Made by a program: the position numbers and the translations under genes
Notes under the pieces: model-generated
Database searches by the model: none
The model's input: only the letters and a program-made list of their open reading frames with translations
Told to the model about the DNA's origin: nothing
Shown: positions 11,491 through 26,710 of the stretch, piece by piece
Layout: every line of letters begins with the position of its first letter
Numbering within the stretch: the first letter of the stretch is position 1
Source of the DNA: Octopus vulgaris
Lineage: Eukaryota
DNA length: 64,000 nt
Assembly (NCBI GenBank): GCA_951406725.2
Contig: OX597836.1
Coordinates: 31,744,001 to 31,808,000 of the forward strand
Reading direction: 5' to 3'

Positions 11491-13767
11491 ATGTAATAAA
11501 TATTGGTCAAGTGCTAATTTTATGGAACCATTGGAACTCTTTCTCACTTTCTCCCCTAAAGTACTAGATATACACTGGGGTCGATGTAATCGACAAGCCC
11601 CACTTCCCCCAAATTTCAGGTCTTGTGCCTATAGTAGTAAAGATATTTAGAGACAATTATTGCCTGTGTTGTGGGTGGTGATCAGGGCCATCTTAACAGC
11701 ATTATAGGCCCCTAGAAAATTCAGTGCACAGAGCCCTGTAGTATTTATTTATTGACAGCAAGCCACAGCATACATAGATCAGCATTTGGCCCCTAGACCT
11801 GTGAGGGCCCCCAGGCAAATCAATGTACTGGACTACTTTTCTACTCCACCCCTTCTCTCATACCTTAATCCTCATCAAGCATAAAGATGCTCCCCTACAA
11901 CCTCTCCTTGGGGCCTTGCAGACTTGCAAGCTGCATGGCGACCTCACTAGTGCCAGTGGTATGAAAAAAGAAGCATCAGATATACATTGAAAACAGGTTA
12001 GCATTAGGAAGGGCATCCAGTTGTAGAAACCATGTTACATCAAACACTGGAGCACAAAGCAGTCCTTAGCCTCAGCGGATCTTGTCAAACCCATCAACGT
12101 ATGGAACATGGAAGTTAAATGACAATGAAGATGCATAAAGAATTATGACAGAAGATCGAGACTAGATATATGGATGTCTATTACTTTTGGTGATGAGTAT
12201 TCATTTGTTCCAACAACTGAACAACCAGCGGGTTTCCACATAATTTCCACAGTTTCCACTCATCCAAATTTTTCTGCAAAGCCTAGGTTGACTTATAGCA
12301 ATGGTAAATAAATGACACTTACCAAAGAGATCTAATCCAGGACCAAGCTATGTCCATTGAGCCCAGGATATGAATAAATGGTCTTTTGTCTGTTAGTAAT
12401 TTTTTTTTTTTTGTGATTAACCATTCACAAGAGAAGACATGAAAGCTTTGTTGTGTGGTAAGAAGTTTGCTTCCCAACAACATGGTTTAAGGTTCAGTCC
12501 CACTGAATGGCGTCTTGAGCAATTGCTTCTACTACAGCCCTGGGCTAACCAAAGCTTTGAGGGTGGTTTTGGTAAACAGAACCTGATAGAAGCCTGTTAT
12601 GTGTATGTATACATACACACATACATACATACATAATATATATAAATATATATATATTATATATATGTATATATATATCTATCTATCTATCTATATATAT
12701 ATATCATCATCATCATCATCATCGTCGTTTAGCATCCGTTTTAAACGACGATGATGATGATGATGATGATATATATATATATATATATATATATGTTCTA
12801 CAAATGAGGCTTCAGTAGAAATAAAGCAGTAATCATATAATCATGTTCAATGGACTCGAACATGTCTCTTGAGGCCTGCTGGTACCTTGCAAACCTTTTG
12901 GCCAGTGGAACAAGTCAAGGACTCAGTTTGCTTGAGTGTTTGTGGATCATTTGCTATGTGTTTTCTTTAGTGGATGGCAAGGCCAGCTTTGCTTCATAAC
13001 ACAAAACCACAATGGCAGGTCAGGTTTCTATTTAGCGGAGCAGCATTTGGCCAGTGTGCCTGTGGATCATTGGCAAATTTTCTCCTCCGTCTTCCTTTTC
13101 TCTTGGTCTCTCCTCTGTCTCCTATTTCTGACAAAGAGCTTTGCTTGAAATGTAAAACAACCTTTCTTTCATTCCCTGAGCATCTGCTATTACTTTGCAT
13201 AAGCCATGTCCTTGCATTGTTGCATTGCTGTGATATTCATAAATGATTGTCACTATCATACAAGCAGCGTCATTCATTTTCAATCACCTGCGAGAACTCG
13301 TCAGGTCATGGGGAGATATTACTTTGCTTGGAAACAGGTGAGGGTTGGTGACAGAAAGGGCATCTGGCCATAGGCCATAGAAAAATCTGCCTCAAATAAA
13401 CTCCATCAGACCATTGCTAGCAGGAAAAAAGGGGATCTCAAATGATAAGAATGATGACGATAATAATAATGATGATGATTTTGATGATGATAAGAGATAA
13501 AATTCTTGTCAAGAAGGGTTAGAGAGATGTGGATATGGCACAGGAATACAGAAAATTTCAAACTGCTCCCCCCAACTCTGACCATACCATCTTATAGTCA
13601 TTGTTATTTGTTAATTGTTGGCTTGAGTTGAAGAAATTCAATTCACTCTTTTGTATAATTGCATTAATGAGACTTAAGAATTTAATGTTGAAGCTAACGA
13701 CTTAAGTTTTCTGTGAATTATTCTCAACAAACTACTTGCCATTGTTCTCTCTAAGCAACATATATAG

Positions 13768-14218
13768 ATGTGTGTATGTATGCACGTGTGTGTGTGTGGG
13801 TGTGTGCATGTGTGTGTGTGTGTGTGTGTATGTGTGTGTGTGTGTGCGTGTATGTGTGTGTGTGTGTGTTTGTGTGCACTTTTGTGTGTGCGTGTGTTTG
13901 TGTGTGTGCATTTGTGTGAATGTATGTGTGTGCATGTGTATATATGCATGTATGTGTGTGTGTGTGTGCATGCGTGTATGTGTGAGTGTGTGCGTGTGCA
14001 TGTGTGTGCATGTATGTGTGTGTGTGTATATATGCATGTGTGTGTGGGTGTGTGCATGCGTGTATGTGTGAGTGTATGCGTGTATGTGTGTGTGTGTGGG
14101 TTGGTATGTGCATGTGTGTGTGTGTGCATGTATGTATGTGTGCGTATGTGTATACGTGTATGTGTGCATGTGTGTGTGTGTGTGTGTTCGTGTGTGTGCA
14201 CATTTGTGTGTGTGTGTA
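13768..14218. repeat. Degenerate (TG)n microsatellite
   Basis: Direct reading. Confidence 0.95.
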
Positions 14219-14632
14219 AAAGGTAGCAAAAACAAAGCATCAAACAAAACTACTTAGTGACAATAATCCATTCCACCTCAGTGGCTTTCATTCATCTTCA
14301 CTCAACTGTGCTTCTCTACTTCATGAGTTACGTATATATATATATATCTTTAATCTTTTACTTGTTTCAGTCATTCGACTGTGGCCATGCTGGAACACTG
14401 CCCTGGAGCATTTTGGTTGAATGAATCAAGTCCAGAATTCATTAATTCATTTTCTCTTTTTAAACTTAGTACTTATTCCTATTGGTCATTTTTTTTTTGG
14501 TTGAACTGGTCAGTTATGAGGACACAAAAACATCCACACCAGTTGTCATGTGGTGCCAGAGAACAAATACAGACACAAAGACACTTACGTATGTGAGTGT
14601 TTGCATGCGTGTGTGTGTGTAAGTGTGTGTGC

Positions 14633-15288
<656 letters not shown>

Positions 15289-16751
15289 TTATTTATAAGA
15301 GACTAACGTGTATATACTCCACAATATGTATATAAAAAGGGATACAAAAACTGGGACAAGAATGCAAAACATTCAAACAGATGATACAAAAAAGGGACAA
15401 AAAAAAAACAAGGACCGGTCATTCAGAGTTTTCTTTTCTGAGTTGAGTTCCAGTTTATCTTCACAATTTCGGCTGGTTATACTCGAAATTGCTCCAATCT
15501 GGCCAGACCCAAGGAAAAACTAAGCTAAGAGCATTAGATTCCTTGAAAGAAAGCAGTGAATGTATACAAAAACAAGGACAGAAAAAAACCTCGGAGAAAT
15601 GGTACACAAATACAAATGCAAATAACAAGACATGAACAACAGGTGTCTTTCGACTACAGCAGCAGCAGCATTATTTAACATGCATTTTCCATGCTGGCAT
15701 GGGTTGGACGGTTTGACAAGAGATGGTAAGACCAAGGTCATACCAAGCTTCATTGTCTGTTCTGGCATGGTAAGTATGCCTGAATGCCCTTCCTAAAGCC
15801 AACCACTTTACAAAGTGTACTGGATGCTTTTTACATAGCACCAAGACTTGTACTTTTAATGTGGTATGAACACGGGTGCTTTTAATGTGGATCCAGCACC
15901 AATGCTTTAAATATGGCACCAGCACCAGTGCTTTTTATAAGACACCAGCACCAGTCCATTTTAATAGACACTAGCACCAGTGCTTTTTACATGGCACCAG
16001 GACCAGTGTGTTTTACATGCACAAGTACCAGTGCTTTTATAGTGACACCAGCACCAGTGCCTTTTACAGGATACCAGGAGAGACAGGAGAAAGTAAAAGG
16101 AAAAGAAAAAGAACAGCATGAAGAAGAATGAAGGAAACGAAGATAAATTGCAGGAGGGAGGGAGGAGAATTTATCAAGAATAGAAACTAAGGAAATATAT
16201 ATTTTTTATTTTATCATCAGACACAAAAAGGTGACAAGCTATAATAACATTTATGAGATTACAACAATTCATAGGAAATAACATTCAAAATGTTGCAGCT
16301 GTACTAACATATGAAGTGAGATCTATATAATATGTTTAGTTCCTCTTTCCTTCATTTGATTATGAGAGACACAAATAAAATAATAAAAAAAGGAGAAAAA
16401 TAAATCAATAGCAGTATTTGTTTCTTTATTATTAAGTTAGCAGACATTGGAGCATTTCACAATTTTTTTTTCAGAGATCTGTCAAACCATTCAATCCATG
16501 CTAGTAGAGAAACAGGTGTTAAGAAATGATCATGATCTACAACATCATCATCATGATAATTGCCTTAATGTCCCTTTCTTCATGCTTGCATGAGTTACAG
16601 GGAGTTTATTGAAGCAGTTACTCTACAGTTGGATGCCCTTCCTGTTGCCAATCCTTGTTTCCAAGAAAAGAAATATTTCTTTATGACCAGGAATGTTTTT
16701 GCAGAATATTGGAAAGGAGTGTCATTGCTTGTATAACAATAACACATGCAT

Positions 16752-16837
<86 letters not shown>

Positions 16838-17091
16838 ACACACACACACACAAATATATAAAGGTATAAATATATACATATACACTTCTTATAAACAAAC
16901 AAACAACATATCTATGTATATGTGTGTGGTGGGATGGGTATGTGTGTATGTATGTCTGTTTTATTGTGTTAACCATTCTTGTTCTGAAAATATAAGATTT
17001 ATATCCATACATATATATATATGTGTGTGTGTGTATACACACATACATTTATATAAACATAAATACATGAATAAATACATACATGCATGTG

Positions 17092-17123
<32 letters not shown>

Positions 17124-17143
17124 CAGAGATACACATACACATA

Positions 17144-17187
<44 letters not shown>

Positions 17188-17436
17188 CATACATAAATAT
17201 ATATATATGTATTCATAAATACATACACACACACTGAAGCATGCACACACACATGACAGGCTTCTTTCCGTTTCTGTCGATCAATCCACTCACAAGGCTT
17301 TAGCTGGCCTGGTGTTATAGTAGAAGACACTTGCCCAAGATGCCATGAAGTTGGACTGACCTCAGAGCCATAAAGTTTGAAAGCAAACTCTTAAACACAC
17401 AGCATTGCTTGAGACTAAATAAAAAAGTATATATAT

Positions 17437-17786
17437 AGGAGTGGCTGTGTGGTAAGTAGCTTGCTTATGAACCACATGATTCTGGGTTCAGTCCCAAGTG
17501 TCTTCTACTATAGCCTCGGGCTGACTAAAGCCTTGTGAGTGGATTTGGTAGACGGAAACTGAAAGAAGCCCATCGTATATATGTATATATATGTATGCAT
17601 ATGTATATGTTTGTTCCCCCAACATCGCTTGACAACTGATGCTGGTGTCTTTATTTCCCAGTAACTTAACAGTTCGGCAATAGAGACCGATAGAATAAGT
17701 ACTAGGCTTACAAAGAATAAGTCCTGGGGTCAATTTGCTCAACTAAAGGCAGTGCTCCAGCATGGCCACAGTCACATAACTGAAAC
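17437..17786 (+). mobile_element. Family-A SINE
   Basis: Matches 10440-10855. Confidence 0.85.
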
Positions 17787-18604
17787 ACATATTGTGTGTG
17801 GGTATAAATATATGTGTGTGTGTGTGTGTGTATATATGTCTATATTTAAGAAAATAAGAAAATAGAGTTAATTAATTATTATTTATTAATTACAAACTTG
17901 GGCATCATCTCTGACTTCTGTTTCAATTCAAAAACTTTAGGAATTAATTAGTATATTTAGTAACATAATAAAGTTGAATCACGTCGAAGGTAGAAAGATA
18001 TACCATTACATTTTCATATTATTTTGTTTTGAGTGTATGGAGCAAATCCGCTAACTGATAATTGTTTAATAGAAAGAACATTGTATTAAGTTTACCAAGG
18101 TGGTGGGGGGGGGGGTGAAGGTAGTATATTTAGAGAATTTATTATAAAAGTGAAAATAAAAAAAAGGAATAAGATATGATAATAAAACATATATATCTAA
18201 AGTATATTTAAATATCAAATAAAAGTAATTGTGATAATAAAAATATAAGTAATAATATTTTATGAGAAGTTATTGATATCATAATGTAAGCAGTGTGTTA
18301 ATTTATTTCATAATAAACAATTAGGAATTATATTTCATATAAACAATTAGGAAGAGAAACATTAAGGTGAATATATTTGAAATATTGTTATATTTCGGAA
18401 TGGTCATATTGCCAGTTTAGTTTGAAATAGTTTATAATCTTTGAAGGAATTAAGGTGTATAAATAAGGGAATAAAATAGATACAAAACGAGTAATATAAT
18501 AGGTTAAAATATATATTTTTATACACATACATAATTCATTCCATATGTATGGCTTTTTGACTTTTGTTATTTTGTTATTTGTTATTCTTAATTTTTGATT
18601 TACC

Positions 18605-18637
<33 letters not shown>

Positions 18638-18679
18638 ATGTGTGTGTGTATGTGTGTGTGACCATGTGTGTATCATTGG

Positions 18680-18865
18680 CGATTTTCTTTCTCTGTCTTC
18701 CCTTCGTTGGACCTTTACTTTTTCTGTGTTTCTGACGAAGAGCTCCGCTCGAAATGTTAAATCCTCCTTCTTTCTTTCCTTTCCTGAGCGTCCAATAACA
18801 CTATACTTGTTCCATGTCCTCGCGTTGTTGTGTTTTCTCTTTGTGTTTTCATATATGGATTAACT
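18680..18865 (+). mobile_element. Penelope-like pseudo-LTR fragment with minimal HHR motif (18728-18762)
   Basis: gttt-CTGACGA-a-gagc-tcc-gctc-GAAA-tgtt-aaat; ends in (TA)n. Confidence 0.6.
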
Positions 18866-19097
18866 ATATATATATATATATATGGAGAAATATACAGGGT
18901 AGGAAAATTATAGAAATTTTTCTACCAGTGGCCTAGCATATATATAAAATAGTCAATAGACAATATATTTTTCATATAAAATGTGTGTGCATTTAAACAC
19001 AAAAGTTACTCTTAACCATGGTTTGGATTTTGACTGTTCCTTCTAGCATGTGAGGTGTCCTGTTAAGGTCACCTCTTTTGTGCTTAAATGTACACTA

Positions 19098-19130
<33 letters not shown>

Positions 19131-19135
<5 letters not shown>

Positions 19136-19840
19136 CCAAAGTGTATGTATGACTCTTATTCTTTCATTCTTTCAATCAGCTTCATTCAATTCCACTCTTC
19201 TTTCTTTCGTTCCTCTCTCTCACATTTCCTGGCTTTCACTTCATTCTCACCTTCCCTCCTCTTTCACTTCACTCTGTCCCTTTTCTTTTTTTCTCATCCC
19301 TCCCTAATTCTTCTATCCCTCTGCCTCTACCTCTCTCCTCTCTCTCTCTCCACATGACTGGTGTTCAGACAAGCCTGACCTTTCTTTCTTGGTTCGACTA
19401 CCATCCGTGCAACATCTATATTCCTCCCCATGTCTGTCATCTCTTATGTCCCTGCCATAAGGCTTCCCTTCCACACATGCCAGCTTAATTTAATTCTTCC
19501 TTAGTTGAACGACATCTGTTGTTAATGTCCTGTTTTTTGCATTTGTATTTGTGTACCATTTCTCGTTTTTTTTTCTGTCCTTGTCTTTGTATACATTCAC
19601 TGCTTTCTTCCAAGGAATCTAGTGCTCTTAGCTTAGTTTTTTATTGGGACTAGCCAGATTGGAGCAATTTCGAGTATAACCAGCTGAAATCGCAATGATA
19701 ATCTGGAACTTGTCTGAGGAAAGAAAACTCTGAATGACCCATCCTTGTTTTTTCTTGTCCCTTTTTTGTATCATCTGTCTGGATGCTTTGTTGTCCCTTT
19801 TTCATGTTATCTAACTGTCTGGATTTATATTTATATATGC
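19131..19840 (+). mobile_element. Unclassified (TA)n-associated interspersed repeat
   Basis: About 350 bp at its right end occurs in reverse complement at 15325-15655 and 32200-32530. Confidence 0.65.
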
Positions 19841-20289
19841 TGAAAGCCCCTTCAGTCATGACTGACTATGGGATTGCACCTAGAAAGTTACCCTCTCAGG
19901 CACAAGTCCAGGCAAGGTTGTTTATGGAAGACCAACAGCCGCCCATGCATACCAGCCACCCCACTCCATGCCATGCCACTTATGTTATCCAAGGAAAAGG
20001 CAAAGGCCAATACAGCTTGGCACCAGTGACATCGCAACTCATTTCTACAGCTGAGTGAACTGGAGCAACGTGAAATAAAGTGTCTTGCTCAAGAACACAA
20101 CACGCAGCCCAGTCCAGGATTCGAACTCACAACCTCACGATCATAAGCTCGACGCTCTGACCACTGAGTCATGCACCCTATATATATATATATATACATA
20201 TATATAAATCATCATCATCATCATCATCATCGTTTAATATATATATATATAGGTATTATTAAATCTCATATATATGTATGTATGCATAT

Positions 20290-20602
20290 TCTTTTCTTTT
20301 CTTTTCTCGTGACCGACCAGACCATCAGATGTTTTTACACATCGCTGGTCACAATGCGTTCGCATTGTTTTAGCCTTCGAATGATGCCACCCCGCTGGCT
20401 AAGCGAGCAGGCCAACAGAAGAAAGAGTGGGAGAAAGAGTGGTGAAAGAGTACAGCAGGGATCACCACTCCCTGCTGGAGCCTCGTGGAGCTTTTAGGTG
20501 TTTTCGCTCAATAAACACTCACAACGCCCGGTCTGGGAATCGAAACCGCGATCCTGCGACCGCGAGTCCGCTGCCCTAACCACTAGGCCATTGCGCCTCC
20601 AC
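20290..20602 (-). mobile_element. tRNA(Arg)-derived SINE, tail type 2
   Basis: Same head and body as 5943; different 3' tail (tgttggcctgctcgcttagccagc...). Confidence 0.85.
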
Positions 20603-20619
20603 ATGTATGCATATATATA

Positions 20620-20652
<33 letters not shown>

Positions 20653-21019
20653 ATATATAATACTTTTAATGATATGTTATTATTTATGTAATTATGTGTA
20701 TGACATTATTGAATGTTATTATTGTTTGTTATTGACAAAAGTAGAAGCAAAAATAAAAACAAAAGTAAAAACAAAAAACAACAATTTACGTTCTTCAATA
20801 ACGGTTTCCATCATCTCTTTTTTAAAGATCTGATCTGAAAGTTAATACAATGTGAATTAACGACTTATTTACTGTAGCTTTTCTCTTTTTTTTTTTTTTT
20901 TCTATTTTTTCCTTTTCTGTTTAATCTATTATAAACATTTACAGATGTTCAATTGAATGAAAAAAGAAAAAAAAAAGAAAAAAAAATTTACACAAATATA
21001 TTTGTCATAGATTGTGAGA

Positions 21020-21114
21020 TCATCTCCATCACCAATAACCTCTTCCTCCTCCTTTTCCACCTCCACCTCCTCCCCATCAACATCACCACCACCACCGCCA
21101 CCACCACCACCACC

Positions 21115-21148
<34 letters not shown>

Positions 21149-21234
21149 TCATCACCACCACCACCACCACCACCACCACCACCACCACCATCATCATCAC
21201 CATCATCATCACCATCACCACCACCACCACCACC

Positions 21235-21265
<31 letters not shown>

Positions 21266-21324
21266 CCACCACCACCACCACCACCACCACCACCACCACC
21301 ACCACCACCACCACCACCACCACC

Positions 21325-21358
<34 letters not shown>

Positions 21359-21383
21359 TCACCATCACCACCATCATCATCAT
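21020..21383. repeat. Compound (CAC)n/(CAT)n trinucleotide repeat
   Basis: Alternating CAC and CAT blocks. Confidence 0.95.
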
Positions 21384-22058
21384 GCGGCAAAAAAGGCAAA
21401 ATAATGTTGACCTAGTTAAAAGAACAGAGCTTGCAAAAATGTTGACAAGACACGTTTTTGGCTTTGAATTAGGAACGAAGTTTTATTTGCTTATTATTTC
21501 ATTTGTGGCATTATGCTTTGTGAAAACGTTGAACTGTTTTGTTATAGATTTCTACTGTTGGAGACAATCATTGACTCGTTTGGATTTTCCAATGGTGAGA
21601 ATGAATGACACAAAAGTGGTTTTTGCAACTTCTGCAGAATATATATACCGCATTGGAATTTTTGCTCAATGCATCAATTTATTGGTCTACTCAATGATGC
21701 GTATATCTTTCATTACATATATCCATATCAGCATCGTCATTTTCATCCATATTTAATTCTGACATTGGACACACACACACACACATACACACATACACGC
21801 ACACACGTATACTGTAATAATAAGGAACAGACAAATAGTAAATGGTACTTCTAAGTCTTCTATATACACATTTGGAATATTGAAGTATTGAGTATGGAAC
21901 TGGTTACTTATCTCAGTTTATCTGGTTATGTGTTGTGCCTTGCAGCACACTTTTATCTCTCTCTCTCTCTCCGTCCCTTTCTTTCTCTCTCTCTCTCCCC
22001 GTCTTTCTCTCTCTCTCCCCCCTCTCTCTCTCTCTCTCTCTCTCTGTATATTATATAT

Positions 22059-22178
<120 letters not shown>

Positions 22179-22589
22179 CATATATATACATATATATATA
22201 TACATACACTACCACTCAACACACGCTGGCACGCTACATACGCCCCCACCCCTTCCCCTCCCTCCCTTCCTCCTTCCTCCCTTTTCTCACTACTGACCTT
22301 TGTCTGCTATGCTGCTGCTATGCTGACCACCGTCTCGCCCTACCTCACACGCCTACACACAGACGCACACACTAACACATACATATATTTTTTGTTTTTT
22401 TACCTCGCCTCACACACACACATACACACACGCACACGCACACACTCACACATACACACACATCTGTTGCGTTACCAACCTTGTCTCCACTCTTTTGCCT
22501 TTAAAAACCCACTTTGCTCTTGTTATCGTAAACATCCGCCTTTCACCATGTGCTTCTGCTAACACCAGCCGTTTTTTTCTCTATCTCCG

Positions 22590-22755
22590 TTGCCCGCTCC
22601 GGGATCTTTCTTTCCTCTCTCTTCCTTCTTTATGTTTCCGACGAAGAGCTCCGCTCGAAACGTCATACCTTCCTGCTTCCATTTCCTGAGCGCCTATTAA
22701 TAATAATACTGTAATTGTTCCCTTGTTGTTGTTTTTTTGTTTCCCGTTTGGATTA
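22590..22755 (+). mobile_element. Penelope-like pseudo-LTR fragment with minimal HHR motif (22634-22668)
   Basis: gttt-ccgacga-a-gagc-tcc-gctc-GAAACGTC-atac; ends in a TA-rich tract. Confidence 0.6.
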
Positions 22756-22950
22756 AAATTATATATACATATATATACATGTATATATGCATATATATAT
22801 ATAGAGAGATATATATGTATATATATATGTATATGTATATATATGTATATGTATCTATATACATACATATGTATATATATGTATATGTATCTATATACAT
22901 ACATATATATACATATATATATATACATACATATATATGTATATATATAC

Positions 22951-22995
<45 letters not shown>

Positions 22996-23078
22996 GGTCC
23001 CGGGTTGATTCGGGGTTAACCACAGTAAATAAGGTACTCAATACATAGCAGAGTAAAATTAATTTATTATATAGAAGG

Positions 23079-23129
23079 AGCTTCTACAGGACTAGAACTG
23101 TTTCATTCAAGAGAAATCTTCAGGAAGCT
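23079..23129 (-). ncRNA. Type I hammerhead ribozyme (reverse-complement copy of 25985-26035)
   Basis: Identical motif on the minus strand, sense to the ENPP pre-mRNA. Confidence 0.75.
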
Positions 23130-24219
23130 AGTTAACAAGAATTGTATTGGCATTTATACATTTAGGCAGGTTTAAAGGGGTGTTGGTGGGGGACTTTTTG
23201 GGGGTAGGCATAGCGCAAAATATCATACTTGGGGGAGTGGTCAAGGAGTCAGTGTTAAATTAGATAGAAGAATAAATAAAAAAAAAGTAAAAAAATAAAA
23301 AAATAAAAAAATAAAAAAAAAAAAAAAAATCTATATATAAAAAAAAGGGGAATAGAGTTTTAGGTAAATAAGGAGATTCTCACTTATACCTATGCACACA
23401 TGTATACATACATACACACACACATACAAACATATATACATATACATACGCACATACATACACACACATATATATATATATACATATATATACACTTACA
23501 CATACATATACATATCTACACATACACATATATGTATACATACACACACTCACATGCATACACGTATACACACATGTATATATACACACACGACCACACA
23601 TACATATACGCACAGAAAAATATATATACACATACACACATATACTCACATACACGCATACACACACATATATATATATCCACACACACACATGCACACA
23701 CAGCACACTGGTCCCTATATACACATACACACACATATACACACACACACATACATACATATACATACATGTATATATATATATATATACATATATATAC
23801 ATATGTGTACCTATGCATACCTACACACACACACACATATATATACACATACAAATACAGACCCATTCCCTAATTTTAATTTTATTATCTTCGTTTATTA
23901 CTTTTGTTATCTTTGGCCGCTTGGTCACAAACATCTTGGCTATGACAGCCAGTCCATTTATCTGTCTACTGGAAAACAAGCACTCATTCACTCACGCACA
24001 CTCTTTAGCACGTACACTCACTCATTCGTACACTCATACACATACACGCACGCACGCGGTATATTCATACATACATACATCTACATACATTCACGTATAT
24101 ACACATACGTACGCGTACCTACAGATTCATGTCTACACTCTTAGAGGGCTAGTCTATATATATACACCAATAAATATAAATACACACACATACATATACA
24201 CCTACATACAAATACATAC

Positions 24220-24271
<52 letters not shown>

Positions 24272-24484
24272 CATATATACATACACGCATATATACATAC
24301 ACATATACACATACACACACATACGCATACACACACATATACATATATATACACACATACACATACATACATATACACACATACACATACATACGTATAC
24401 ATACATACATACATCCATACATCCATACATACATACATTTATACACATACACACACCCACATACATACATATATATACACGCGC

Positions 24485-24549
<65 letters not shown>

Positions 24550-24947
24550 CACATATACATATACATTCATACACACACATACATATACATACATACATAC
24601 ATATACAAATATGCGCACACACATACATACATACTCATATACCCATACACGCACATACACATGTACATGCGTACCCATACACACACACACACACGCGCAT
24701 CCATATATACACATAAGTACACCCATGCGTAAAAGTATACATATATCTATGCTTACACATACACACACACACACGCGCCTCCTTATATTCATACTTACAT
24801 GCATACTCAAAAAATAAGTAAATAGTAAAATATATATACGCGCAGTTATTCATACATGCATACTCAAAAAATAAATAATAAATATTAAGTATATGTACGT
24901 GCAGTTACCTATTATATAGACGGATACATACATATAAACTTACACAC

Positions 24948-25002
<55 letters not shown>

Positions 25003-25081
25003 TACATACATATATACACACACATATACACACACACATATACATACATATATATATACACATACACACATACACATATAT

Positions 25082-25121
<40 letters not shown>

Positions 25122-25311
25122 TTACACACATGTACATATAAATACACACATAGATAACTCTACGTACCTACATATACATAAACACACGAGCGTACGCGTA
25201 TATGTACATATACACATACACATACACACACATATATATACATACATACATACACATACACACATGTATACACACACACACATCCACATATATATACATA
25301 CACACACATAT

Positions 25312-25382
<71 letters not shown>

Positions 25383-25657
25383 CACATACACACACATGTA
25401 TACCTGTGTGCAAACATACATACATTCTCATACAAGCACACACACTTACATTTACATATATACACACACTTACACACATATATATACACATACACATGTA
25501 CATACATACATACGTAAATGCATACGTACACACACACACATATATATATATATATACATATATACACATACATACATACACATACACATACCCATACATA
25601 TATATACACACATATATATATACACATGCACATACTTATATCTCTACATACTCGCAT

Positions 25658-25706
<49 letters not shown>

Positions 25707-25984
25707 CACACACATACACATACCTATATACATGTATATATACACATACATATATATACACATCTACAATTTGTATCTACACTCACATACCTGCACATAC
25801 ACATAACTCTACATACCTACATATACATCGACATACTCGCGTACACTCATATATATACACACTGACTCCTTGACCACTCCCCCAAGTATGATATTTTGCG
25901 CTATGCCTACCCCCAAAAAGTCCCCCACCAACACCCCTTTAAACCTGCCTAAATGTATAAATGCCAATACAATTCTTGTCAACT

Positions 25985-26035
25985 AGCTTCCTGAAGATTT
26001 CTCTTGAATGAAACAGTTCTAGTCCTGTAGAAGCT
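25985..26035 (+). ncRNA. Type I hammerhead ribozyme
   Basis: Stem I agcttc/gaagct; CTGAAGA; short stem II ttc/gaa; GAAA; stem III acag/ctgt; GUA cleavage triplet ending at 26029. Confidence 0.75.
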
Positions 26036-26049
26036 CCTTCTATATAATA

Positions 26050-26152
<103 letters not shown>

Positions 26153-26540
26153 CACACACACACACACACACACACATATGAATATATATATACGAGAGGG
26201 TGCTGAAAAGTTCCTGGTTTCAGGTAAAAGAAAATACAGAAGAATCAATTAATTATGAGTTTATTTAACATATTCCCCTCTCGCAGATTCACACACTCAC
26301 TGTAGCAGTCTTTCAGTCTTTCAGCCTTTCTTATTTCTTTATTAACCACAAGGGGCCAAACATAGAAGGGACAAACAAGGACAGACAAAGGGATTAAGTC
26401 GATTACATCGACACCAGTGTGTAACTGATTCTTAATTTATTGACCCCGAAGGGATGAAAGGCAAAGTCGACCTCGGTGGAATTTGAACTCAGAACGTAAC
26501 AGCAGACGAAATGCCTATTTCTTTACTACCCACAAGGGTA

Positions 26541-26710
26541 GTTAACAACAACAACAACAACATCGAAAAATATCTTAGGAATGAGAACCCAGGTTCAAAA
26601 TTTCTCCAAGACACCGGATGAAGGCTGGAAGGTATATCAGCTGAAACGTTGTTAACAACAAACAAGATGAGGACAAAATTCCGTCAAATGTAAATAATGT
26701 AAATAATGCA
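26541..26710 (+). mobile_element. Penelope-like terminal fragment with minimal HHR motif (26611-26652)
   Basis: acac-cggatga-a-ggctgg...tcagct-GAAACGTT-gt; gttaacaacaa is repeated at 26541 and 26651. Confidence 0.5.

Noticed and set aside
20929-21756. Long ORFs (267 aa poly-Thr/Ile, poly-Pro, poly-Gly)
   Set aside because: These are translations of a CAC/CAT trinucleotide repeat. They are open in several frames and have no splice or domain support.
23380-25873. Many 100-330 aa His/Thr/Tyr/Ile ORFs
   Set aside because: They are artefacts of stop-poor CA/TA dinucleotide sequence.
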